From Azolla caroliniana (taxonomy: Eukaryota; Plantae; Polypodiophyta), in assembly GCA_043228905.1 (NCBI GenBank), contig JBHGNT010000012.1, positions 7,378,001 through 7,442,000 on the forward strand: a stretch of 64,000 nucleotides of DNA, written 5' to 3'. The notes under the pieces are model-generated. The model saw only the letters and a list, made by a program, of their open reading frames with translations. It searched no databases and was not told the origin of the DNA. The position numbers and the translations under genes were made by a program. Below are positions 1 through 11,010 of this stretch, piece by piece (the stretch's first letter is position 1; each line of letters starts with the position of its first letter).

Positions 1-1722
1 AAAATAAGAAAATGTTATCCAGTATACTCCTACTTGTAAGAAACTTGTTTGGGTGTTATGAATGATGTCTATTAAAAAAGGTTGCAATCTCATAGCCAAC
101 AACTTAGCAAATATTTTGTAAATAGTATTAAATATAGTAATAGGTCGCCACTTCCTAATATCAGCCACTACCCCTTCCAACTTGGGAATAAGATATATCA
201 TACCTTCTATTCATTTACTTTGCATAATTCCAGAGTCAAACACCTCTTGGAATGCAACAATAATATCATTCCCAATAATTCCGTAAAAAATCTACCGAAA
301 GCCCATCAATACCAGGGCATACATGGGAGCCAATTGCATCCAAAGCAACCCTTACTTCAAAAATCGAAATTGGCTTAACCAAAACAATTGCCATATGTAG
401 TGAAACCCTTGCTTGCATGGTCTATCACACACATTGACGACTCTCCAATTGATCAAGTATAAAACATTGTGCGGACAATAGATTGCTATAAAACTACATA
501 GCAATATCCCTCATTTCCCCAAAATCCTCTGTGATGGATCCATCATCCCTCTGAAGTTTTTTTATCCCATTACAAGATTTTTTTTGCAGTTACAAATTTG
601 AAAAAATCAGTAGAAACTTTATCTTGCACTTGTGCCCAGTTTGCAACAAATGAATTATAAATGCACTGAGCCCAAGCATCTTGTAGTTTAGAGAGCTTAT
701 CCATTGTATTATTCAATTCAGACATCACCCACGTCGCCCATGGCATACATTGTTGAAAATGTTGCAAAGAAACAACTACTCGCGTAGTACTCAATATCTT
801 GGTTTTGAATTCTCATCAGTCTTCCTTTGCTTTACTACAAAACCAAGTACTAACATTGCCAGTTGCATCCGTAACTCCATTACATCCCATCAGTTGTGAT
901 ACACTTGTATCCTTCCAAATTGCTAAAACATCTCTTCTAATGACAACATCAACATACAAAGAGGAAGGTATAGGTGTCCTAATGGCCTTCCATTTTCCCT
1001 TTTTTTCAAAGTAACAATAAGAGGCGAGTGATCATAGAAAGTTGTCCCAGCTAATATCTGTAATGAACCTCTTAATGTTAGAAAGAAGTCATCAACGTAG
1101 AATTTGTTTGATCGAGATAGATTAGTACCCAACAACCGTCAATTTGATCTAGAGAATTGCAAGTATTCAACATGTTTGCAAAAGGAAGAAGAGAACCAAG
1201 TATCTTGAAAACTGTACTTAAAGCACACCCTCTCCAAAAAGCTTAATTCCTAACCATATAAAACAACTTGGCTACCTCCACTTCTATCCAACTTATCCTC
1301 AATCATATTAAAATCTCCGACCATACACCAATGATCCACATGTGGCAAAGTATCACATAGAGAAGACCGTAACCTTCCCCTATCTGATGACGCATTATGA
1401 GCATATACATTTATAAAACCCAATTGTAGATTTTGGAATTCTACAATAATAACTTGCACTCTTCCTTCCACTAAAATCCTATAGAAAATCACATGAGAGG
1501 ACCATTTTTTGGCTAATGTTATACAAACACGAACTTTATTTTGGGATTCGCCAATTGCGGAACTCCAAAAATGGGCCCAAGAACCATTGATATAAGGATC
1601 CATACGAATCTACCCTTGATGGACTCAAATGATGTTCTTGTAAAAAAACCATATCTATAGATCTCATAAATTTTTTATGCAAGTTTTACTAGATCTTCTC
1701 ACATTCGACGCGCCATATCATG
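1..1722 (-). mobile_element. Degenerate L1-clade LINE ORF2 (APE endonuclease into start of RT), running off the window edge
   Basis: Minus-strand fragments: 'FINVYA...WCMVGDFNMIEDKLDRSGGS' (1250-1603), 'YDHSPLIV' (923-1135), 'WAQVQDKVSTDFFK' (570-794), CPGIDG near 310. Multiple stops and frameshifts. Confidence 0.85.
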
Positions 1723-1786
1723 ACAACGTAAAAGTAAAATTTTGTATCGTAATTGGATGCAAGATATGGAAAAATGATGTAAGACG

Positions 1787-2580
1787 TAGCAATGGGCTCA
1801 GTTCGGTTTCTTGGCCTTCAAACCAAACCAAACCAAACCATTTATTAATAATAAAAACCGAACCAAATTGTTTTTAATTTTATGAAGCCATTTAAACTGA
1901 ACCGTTTAGAGCCGAACCGTTAAACCAAACCGTTTAAAGAATAAGAGAAACTAAACCGTTTAAAACCAAACTGTTTACGAAAAATTTAAAACCAAACCAA
2001 ACTAGTTTATCATAAATCTAAACCAAACTAAACCAAACCATTTTTTATTGATATTAATCATTATACTTATTATAAATTTGTGTGAGAAAATCATCATAAA
2101 TTTTGTCATCATACTCATCATAAATTTTGTCATCATACTCATCATAAATTTTGTCATCATACTTATTATAAAATTTGTCATCATTCTTATCATAATTTTT
2201 GTCATCATACTAATCATAAATTTGATCATCATACTTATCATAATTGATCATCATAAATGAAAAAGAGACTCTACATATAATACATATAAAATTTAATAAG
2301 TTAAAACAAGAGTTTAAAATTAAAGGTCGAAAGTTATAGCTTATTGAAAATATTTATGAGTATTTTTTAACCTATAAACCTTTAAAACTTTAAACCGAAC
2401 CACATAAAAAAAAACCGATAAGCCGCTAAACTACTAAACCAGTCAATTCAAAACTGAACCGAAACCGATTAGTAACATTTGAAACCAAACCAAACTGTTT
2501 AGTTATCTTTGAACCTATAAACCGTTAAGCCACAGTTTTTTGGTTCGGTTCGGTTTGAGCCAAAACCAAGCCCATTGCTA
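1787..2580. mobile_element. Non-autonomous hAT-type DNA transposon (MITE)
   Basis: Perfect 12-bp TIRs TAGCAATGGGCT (1787-1798) / AGCCCATTGCTA (2569-2580). 8-bp TSD GTAAGACG / CTAAGACG (7/8). Many subterminal AAACCG/AAACCA motifs. Confidence 0.85.
2060..2257. repeat. 24-bp tandem repeat inside the hAT MITE
   Basis: Unit close to TCATCATAAATTTTGTCATCATAC, about 7 copies; explains the spurious Met/Ile-rich ORFs. Confidence 0.85.
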
Positions 2581-3087
2581 CTAAGACGGGATTTAACTTA
2601 CTTGTTTCATGATGAATCAATAGATTCGTCTGTGAATGAGGCCTTTTTGCAACACCAATATATCATGACGTGGGAAATAGGGAGGCTCACACTATACACA
2701 TTATACTACATATGTTTCAGCGAACCACAAAACCATATTCTTTGCCAAACGGGAAAACCATACACATGGATACATTTTATGTTATATTTTTGGTCTCATA
2801 GGTTAAATATGACCTCCAAAGATGATAATAAAATCAATCTATCTCACTGCCACACTATTGTGGGTTTCTCCATTGCAAATCGTTCGTTAGTAAAACTCTT
2901 GATTGTTCCAAAATCACCACCTAAGCTCCCCATAAAAAATGTTCCAAAATTTTGGTCATGGATTTGAAATTGTAGTTCTTCCCCCTCCCCCCCCCCCCCC
3001 AAACACACACACACACATCTTGCATTGTTCACTCTCTTACTATTGGACTTCATAACTGGGTGGTGAGGAGAGGATGGTTTTGTAATA

Positions 3088-3385
3088 TGCATGTATCGAG
3101 TTGATCACGAATCATATAAGCTTGGTCTTAATCATAATATCTAGGTGCATGTATTGAGTTGTTCGCGAATAATATAAGCTTGGTCTTAATCATAATCTCT
3201 AAGTGCATGTATTGAGTTCCTCACGAATCATATATAAGCTTGGTCTTAACCATAAACACTAAGTGCATTTATTGAGTTGTTCACGAATCATATAAGCTTG
3301 GCCTTAATTATAATCGCTAAGTGCATGTATCGAATTCCTCATGAATCATATAAGCATGGTCTTAATCTTAATCTCTAAGTTGGAT
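3088..3385. repeat. About 58-bp minisatellite, 5 copies, upstream of RRP46
   Basis: Unit close to TGCATGTATYGAGTTGTTCACGAATCATATAAGCTTGGTCTTAATCATAATCTCTAAG, head-to-tail with no unique spacers. Confidence 0.9.
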
Positions 3386-3634
3386 GTGAGCTTACGAGTG
3401 GTCTTAATTACATGCTTAATGCCAATTTGAATCTTAATCTTAATCATTTCTTCATAATTTGGATGGTTTTTAAAAAAAAAATTACCCAGAAACAGAAAGC
3501 AATTGTTTCCTTCTTCTTCTTCTTCCTCTGTTTTTTTTTTGTTTTAAACCTTTTTCTTCTTCTCGTACTCTGTTTCTCTTTCATTTGTTTATTTTGAATT
3601 CGAAGAGAAGGAAGAGGAACAGAGAGCTCTGTCT

Positions 3635-6600
3635 ATGGCGATGGCGGAGCCGTCACGCCCTGATGGTCGCAACCCTAACCAGATTAGACCCCTCGTCTGC
3701 TCCCGTGGTTTGCTCCACAGAGCAGATGGCTCTGCTCGCTGGTCACAAGGTATTCTGTTTTATGTATCATCTTGTTCTTCCCTCTCCTCTCCATTTCCAT
3801 TAATATTCTAAAACCCTTAAAAACATGTTTTCCATTTACTTTTTTCCCTCAAAAATAAACCCTAAAACCTGAAACCTAATCCTTTGAACCTAAAACCTAG
3901 AACTCACAAAATTAAACCATAAATAAACGCTGAGTCCCCTTAACCTTAAATTCGAAAAATTGTGGAAACTTACAAATGTACGAAACCTAGAACTCGCCAA
4001 CCTAAACCCTAAATAAACACTCAAACCCCTCGCATGAAAAACAACCTAAATTCCTAGCACTCTGGAAACTCACAAATTTTAAACCTAAAACTCCAAAAAC
4101 ATAAACCTTCATCCAATCTTAAGTAAACCCTAAACCCCGAAAACTTCAACTTTCACTGAAAAGATTTATTCGTTTTGTATTTATTTGATAGAGAATACTA
4201 TTGTACTTGCTGCTGTTTATGGACCAAAGGCCATATCTGGACGGAAAGAGAATCCGGAAAGAGCTATTCTCGAAGTGATATGGAAGCCCAAGACAGGAAT
4301 TGCAGGTAACTCAGCTTATTTTTGTCTATCCGAACCCTAAAAGCTAAGTAGCTCTAGGGTAAGTAAGAAATTTCTTTTGAATGAGCTCTATTTTTTCATG
4401 CATATGAAGTAATAGGAAATTATTTTAGAATGCTGAAATTTTAATGGAATTTGGTAGAATATTTAATTTTTGTCGAGAGGTGAAATGCATAGAGATCGGA
4501 AAGAACGGGATTTTCCTCCCTTTAGATTTCCTTTTATTTCACAAAATAACAAGAAATAGTTTGAATATATCAGAATTTGGTAGAAAATTGTATATCTCTA
4601 TTGTATTTTGTAGAATCCCCTTTATATCTCTATTTTTTCATGTGCGAAATTATAGGAAAGTACCCTGAATTTGTAAAAATTTAGTAGAGGATTATTTATA
4701 TTCTGTCCCATTTTTCACCCTTTATTAATATCTTTGACCAGTGGTGTATGAAAATACACCACAATTTTATAAAACTTTATTAGAAAATTGATATCTTTCT
4801 TTTGGTTAATTAAGTATTTAGTTATGATTAAGTACCACGAATATAAATGAATTTCTATTGGATTTTATTCCATTAATAATATTTTACATTTGGAGAGCTA
4901 TATGAAAAACATTAATTACTATAGGAATGCGGCTTAAAATTTGTGTCTTCATATTGGAAATTACCAAGAAAAGACCACAAATTAACAGGAACCTCGATTG
5001 TTTTTTCTTTTATGCCATAATTTTGGACTTGCTATAAATAATTTGAAGTGACGCTGAGTACAAAAATCCTATAATCAGTTTAGGGAATCAAAAAGGTTTT
5101 GTAGCTATCTAAAACAAGTTCTTTTTGTGGTCAGGCACTGTTGAAAAGGAGGCAGAATTCGTTTTGAAGCAGACATTGCAGCATATTGTGCTTACTACAT
5201 TGCATCCAAATACAGCAATCTCTGTAATTGTACAGGTAAGATATATGAGTTTAGATGAATTGTATTATTTAGTCCATGGAAAACTGATTTACAAAAGCAA
5301 TATGCTTTTGTCTATATTATTTTATCAGGATTGATAAAAATCTTCAAATGTAGAAGTGTATTTGCATGGATTTTGATGAAAACAAATACATCATGAACCA
5401 CTCGGGGATCATGATTAGAGACACGAAAACACTCATGTATAAGATCTTGAAAAATTATAAAATGCTTAAATGAATGAAAAGATCTATGAAGCAGTACGTG
5501 CAACATCTTATGTGTCCCTTGAGCAGTACGCAAAGCCTATCCTTTATAGAATGCTTAATTGGGAAATCTTTTATCTTGGAGCAAGACTTTATAGGATGTT
5601 ATCATTGGGAAGCAGGTGTGCTTGTAGCCATGGAACTGAATCAATGGAAATGATTTGGATTATGTCTTTTTGCTTGCATGTATGGGATAGCACATAGACT
5701 TGGTATGGTCTTCTAGGAGATTCATACAAATACAAACTTTTCTTTTACCACTACTTGTATCATTCTTATGGACCACTTAAGAACTTCCTGCATACAGATA
5801 CATGTACTGAATCCTATTAACCAAAGAAACATAGCTTTCCATTTGCATAGTATCTGTTGTCGTTTGTAATTTATGAACGGTTTTCCTCCCTTTTTGGGGC
5901 ACCTTGATTCACACTATCCATTGATGGATCGTGGCTGAAGAGAACCAATAAAGATCTATGGAGCAATTTTGAGAAGTTGCTCACATCTTTTTTGTTTGTG
6001 CTCTTAAATGATTTCTCTTCTTAGTTGGATCTTGCATCACATAGCCTCTCTGATAATCGTGCAAAATTTCCAGGATAGAATTTTTTTGTATGCTCTAGCT
6101 TGCTCATATGTTTAGATTTCATATTTGATCTATTCGGTGGATGCATGAGATGTCCCTTGAAGTATGCTGCAGATATCTGAAAGAAATGAAACAAAATGGA
6201 AGATAACATCAAAACAAGGGAAGAGGCCAAGAGAAATCAAAACTTTGTTACTATACTTGCCAAAAAAAAAAAACAAGAAACAGTAGATGGTGTTGCACTC
6301 TCACAAAATGGAAGATAACATCAAAACAAGGGAAGAGGCCAAGAGAAATCAAAACTTTGTTACTATACTTGCCAAAAAAAAAACAAGAAACAGTAGATGG
6401 TGTTGCACTCTCACAAGCTGCAATGGTGATATTGCCGAACATAGCTAGACAAAGACTGTAAATAAGCTGCAAGGGGTGGGGAGGCCTTCTTTATATAGGT
6501 GAGAACCCTAATCCAGCTAGTGCTTGTGGCCTGGGTGTGAATTTCCTGTTTCAAGTACAGTGCAAGATCTGGATCCATCAATGTCACCTTGTAACCATTA

Positions 6601-8433
6601 TGGTCTACAAACAACTAGACCCCGTTAAGTATCTAAATTGGGTATCTGATAAACGAGTGATTTTTGTCATGGTTTCTCCTTGTATGGGTATCGTACCAAG
6701 TTGGATATCATCAATAGGATGCCAAGTTTACAAGAGATGGGTGTTTGAGCTAGTTCTAACAATATCTAGATACCATAAGGCACGGTAGCTCCATCAGTGA
6801 TGATATATAGTGCCTAATGGTAAAATAGATTGTTTGATGCCAATGCAAATAAAACTACATCTCATATCTTGGGATCATTGAAGATTGCTAATCCTGTGCT
6901 TTTGTTGGTGTTTGCAGGTGGTGAATGATGATGGAGCAGTATCCTGATTTCCTTGCTTTATTGATTTTATTGCTGGCTGCCTGCCTTCAGGTGGATGCTC
7001 TTTTATGTGTTTCCTTTCTACGTCTGTACAATAGAGTGTAAGTGCTCTCTTAAAGAAAGAATGCAGTAGAAAATAATTCAATCTGCACTCACAATTTAAA
7101 GAGTACCTACACAGTTTAACAATAGTAGCTTTTGGTAATGTTAACAACAAGAAAGTCATGTATTTCAGTCCATATGCTGTGCAAGGTGATCTTGTAAAGT
7201 TGGTGTGGGGTGATTCAAACTCAGTTTTACAGGCTTAATACAAATACTTCTTAATATAAGGGCATATCTTGTGATGTTTTTGTTTTTATAGAACTGTATA
7301 ATATGATACAGAAAATAGAGAAAGAGAATATTTCATTCCCTCCATAAAAAAATTTAAAATTGAACTTCCTTGACATCTATAAGTTGCTTGCTTGTGCGAT
7401 AAATGCAGCATGTGCTGCCCTTGTTGATGCAGGAGTCCCGTTGAGTGGTCTCGTTGGTAAAGTTAGCCTCCTCATATATGTATATATTTCTCTTGATGTA
7501 TGCGTTTATATTTCTCTTTTGACACTACATCGCCAGTATGTATCCTAAAGTAGCCAAATATTTCTGTTGAAAATCATGGAACAGTTGCTATAAGCTGTGC
7601 TGTAAATCACAAGGGAAAGGTCCTCCTTGATCCTGTCAAGAAAGAGGAAAAGGTTGTGTGGCTCATCCCTTATTTTTTTGTTGGGTTAGGTCAGTACGTA
7701 GAGACTATTTAGAATATTGATAAATCTCATATTAGTGTTGTTGACTCAAAACAGGAGCATCATAGGTATGCATGCTTTGCGTTTCGTGGGCGTCCGTTGT
7801 CGATATCGTCTGAAGGGGGCTCAGAGATTGACTATGAGCCTATAGAGCATGGTATCATCACCTCCATCACCAAAGGTGCCTTATCTGGTATGTTTGTTTT
7901 AGCTATATCCTTAACTATGATGCATAATGAGTTTTGGTTTTTTATTTTTATTTCAATCATAACATTCTTTCTTGTTCATATTGTTTAATGTTGCTTTTGT
8001 TGGGGTTTAGGGTTTAGGATGCATGTATTAATCGTGCATTTACAGAATACAAAATCTGTATGAATTACCTAATGTGATTCCTATATTAATCAGTAGTTTA
8101 CAAATTGCAAATTCTTCATGATCCACATAATGCAACTTAACCTTGGAATGTAATCATGTATTCCATGTTAAAACGCAAATGTTTACATGAATCGTTCCAT
8201 GCATGGCATGAAAGAATGCAAATCTTTACATGAATCATGCCATACATGACATTAAAAACATGCAAATCTCTGTTTGTTACTTATGCATTCTTGCATGTTG
8301 ATTTTTTTTTGAAGCCGATGATTATCTTAACTGCTTGGAACGAGGTCGGGCAGCGAGTTCCAAGATGACTGAATTTGCAAGGTCGAGCTTAGAGAGTGCC
8401 CAGGTCGGAAAAAAGGCTATAACAAATAAATAA
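3635..8433 (+). CDS. RRP46: Exosome complex RNase PH-like subunit RRP46 (EXOSC5 homolog), about 247 aa
   Basis: Exons 3635-3749, 4192-4305, 5135-5235, 6918-6938, 7384-7456, 7585-7652, 7755-7887, 8315-8433; all GT-AG with consistent phases. Protein MAMAEPSRPDGRNPNQIRPLVCSRGLLHRADGSARWSQENTIVLAAVYGPK...[31 protein letters not shown]...LLDP...GIITSITKG...DDYLNCLERG. Alternative ending: splice 8403 to 8594-8614 (MRESGA*). Confidence 0.92.
3810..4140 (+). promoter_or_regulatory. Cluster of telo-box / degenerate (CCCTAAA) motifs in RRP46 intron 1
   Basis: AAACCCTAA at 3857, about 4004 and about 4124, plus many degenerate copies. Confidence 0.45.
6178..6761 (-). mobile_element. Solo LTR in RRP46 intron 3, with an internal tandem duplication of about 112 bp
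   Basis: TG...CA ends (TGAAAGAA...TTCTAACA). Perfect 5-bp TSD ATATC (6173-6177 / 6762-6766). Minus-strand TATA (CTATATAAG, about 6490-6498). Duplication about 6192-6303 / 6304-6414. Confidence 0.75.
6939..7383 (+). other. U12-type (minor spliceosome) GT-AG intron in RRP46
   Basis: Donor GTATCCTG; branch site TTCCTTGAC at 7366-7374, 9 nt before the end of the intron; no polypyrimidine tract. Splicing restores [12 protein letters not shown]. Confidence 0.8.
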
Positions 8434-10537
8434 AACTCCCAAAAAATAAAATCATCGTAATCTTTAGTTTGGTCTTTTCTAATAATGTGTCTGTGCTTCT
8501 GATTTGATCCAGCGAGGAGTTGAGATGCTTGTCTCGAGTTGATGTGCAAAGAAATAAGTGTCAACAAAACGAAGGAATTTAATTTGTTTTCAGATGAGAG
8601 AAAGTGGTGCTTGATCATATATTTTATACATGGACGGTTACTTAATGAAAAATAGCTCACTTAAAACTATAGTAGACCAAATTTCTCCGCTACAATAGGA
8701 AATGTAACTTTGGATCATTTAATATGGTAACGAAGATGTACCAAAACAAAGAATGCATATTAACTATGTTCTTAAAATGTAACTAATCAGAGGTAAAGAA
8801 CAAAACAAATTTAACATAAGAAATAAGTTTTTTTAATGGCAACTGTTGTTAAAACTTGTGAAGAGAGATGCATGTATCCGAAAATGTTAATGTAGAAGTT
8901 TTGATTTTCTTCCTTTTTTAATGTTTTAAGGAATTTTGTCCTGGTCGATTGATGTTATCGAGTCATTGACTGCCACATTTGATTGTGTATGGGGCACCCA
9001 AAATTTATTGACAGAAATTCATTTATATCATTGAGAGCTGGTTGGGTGATTTTTTTTCTGCCTGATTGATGTCTTTGGCCAAAGTGTAGTGAGAATGAAT
9101 TTTGCGCAATGCTTAGTTCTCTCTTGATGCATGTCTATGCTTTGTAATTAACAGGAAGGAATAAAACAATCATTAATTTACATAGTGATTAAAATAAGGT
9201 ATATGACAGCAATATCCAATATTTGTCAAATGTTTTGATACTATTATTATACGGTGTATTACATTAGCATTTCACAAGAGCTTTGGTCCGAGAATACAAA
9301 GCAAAGCCTCGATTACCACAGCTGCAATAAGCGAAGAGAATACGATACGATCAGCATGAAGCGGGGATTCCCAATCTCAGTGAACATCGGTACCAACTAT
9401 GCCTACATTGTCCAATTGTTGATCGAACGCCCTGTGTTGGGATGTCATTTAGTGTTTCCCCATAACCCGGCGGGGCGGTTCATGCGGCTGCCGACTGTAC
9501 GGCGATTCGGGGAACTTATGTACCGCCTTAAACAGTACACAGAACAAATCACCCATCCTTTCCAATTCTGCTACCTGTTAAGCTTGTCCTTTTTTCTGAG
9601 CGTACCTTAGCCTGAAGGTGATTTTCATCCACTTGCTATTTTTTTTCCAGAAAACGCTCAGCTGCTCGGAGAGATTAAGCTACATCTGGGCTAGGGGATC
9701 CGTGGAGATTGGCTCCGCGCGCAAATGGCGGCCGGGTGAAGCCGGCGTCCCTCTACTCATTTGGTGTCACTCATTACTCAACACAACCCTTTTTGAGTCC
9801 ACGCTAAAATGAGAATGGAGGGTTATGTCATGAGTTTTTGAGAAACTAAGATGGGACGTGGCCATTGCAACATACAACATACAAATTTTCCTCGTTTCAA
9901 CAAGCATTAGAAAATTGTAAGGAAACATTGCACTTGCAAAGAGGAAATGGAAAGAAGAAGTATCTTGAAATGGTTAAATCAATAACCTCTTATTTTCTTG
10001 ATATGAAAATTAACTACACCTACTAGCATTCCCAAAGAAGATTGCGTGGGATTAAGATGTGATGTGTGACTTAACCAACAAGAGGTTTGTTATTATCTCA
10101 AGATAAAAAGGCGTAAGAATCTAATGGTTTCTACCAAGCAAGACAAAAATATGCAGTTTGTAGAGCAAATAAGAAAAAGAAAAAGACATACATACATACA
10201 CCTTCACTTTCTTCAAAGCAATAGGCATTCTTAGCCCAAACAACATTTATGAGCTGTTGTTCCTCATAAGTTATTGCAAATTATTTTTTTTAAGAAGATA
10301 TCTTATCATTAGTGTAACCATTTTTATAAGATTTAAATTCTATGTGATTGGGGGGGAACAACCATTTCGGAGGTTGAAAATGCCAATAAGGAGTACCACA
10401 GTTGGTTGTCAGGAACGGAGTAGCTTTCCATATAGTGATAAACTCATGCGGTTGAGCAATTGAGTATCAGGTGACAACAATGATCAACTCGGAGGATGAT
10501 TGGAATCAACATTGCAAGGTCGAGACATCGACAAATG

Positions 10538-10549
10538 CTACATACATAC

Positions 10550-10598
<49 letters not shown>

Positions 10599-10734
10599 TA
10601 CATATACATATAGACAATAACTATATGAACGGTGGAATCCACACTCATTCGCACTCACTCCGAGAGACAAAACAAAAGGCTCGGCAAATCGCGTGTCACG
10701 GTGAAGGCAAGCCAATGTAATCCAATTCATATCC

Positions 10735-10766
<32 letters not shown>

Positions 10767-10800
10767 CTACTCTTACTATTACTACTACTACTACTACATT
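10538..10800. repeat. Microsatellite cluster (CATACA)n, (CATA)n, (CTA)n
   Basis: Directly visible at about 10538-10610, 10735-10762 and 10765-10797. Confidence 0.9.
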
Positions 10801-11010
10801 TAGTTAGTTGGCCTTTGGGTCTCTTCTTTTTACTTACATAATGGCCCCTTTGTCTCCTGTCTCTTCCTGTCGGTCTTGGGTTCAAATCTCACTCCCTGCC
10901 CATCTGCATCCACCATTTTTCTCTCTTCGACAAACTCTCTCTCTCTCTCTCTCTCTCATCGATGCATCTGTCGTGGTGAAGCTTCTCTCTGATTTCCCTC
11001 TTCGGTGGAG

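Larger units (their letters stand above)
1722..2845 (+). mobile_element. 3' fragment of an RTE-like LINE (same family as 25970-27345), split by a hAT MITE
   Basis: 1730-1786 joined to 2589-2775 reads KSKIL..WMQDM...LFHDESIDSSVNEAFLQHQYIMTW, matching KSKILCSGWMQDI...LLHDASLDSSINEGFLQRQ at 26493-26620. 2776-2845 matches the reverse complement of that element's 3' UTR and ATCT tail. Confidence 0.75.

Noticed and set aside
2002-2260. Met/Ile-rich ORFs on both strands
   Set aside because: Translations of a 24-bp tandem repeat inside a MITE.
3088-3385. CRISPR-like periodicity
   Set aside because: Whole units are similar along their length with no unique spacers; eukaryotic context and no cas genes.
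9580-9605. miR390/TAS3-like site (CTTGTC...CTGAGC)
   Set aside because: The central region does not match, and I saw no second site or tasiARF sequence.
9845-9860. snRNA USE-like motif (GTCCCATC on the minus strand)
   Set aside because: No properly spaced TATA and no recognisable snRNA, MRP, 7SL or telomerase RNA downstream.
10496-10841. HIHIHI / VCVC / poly-L ORFs
   Set aside because: Microsatellite translations.
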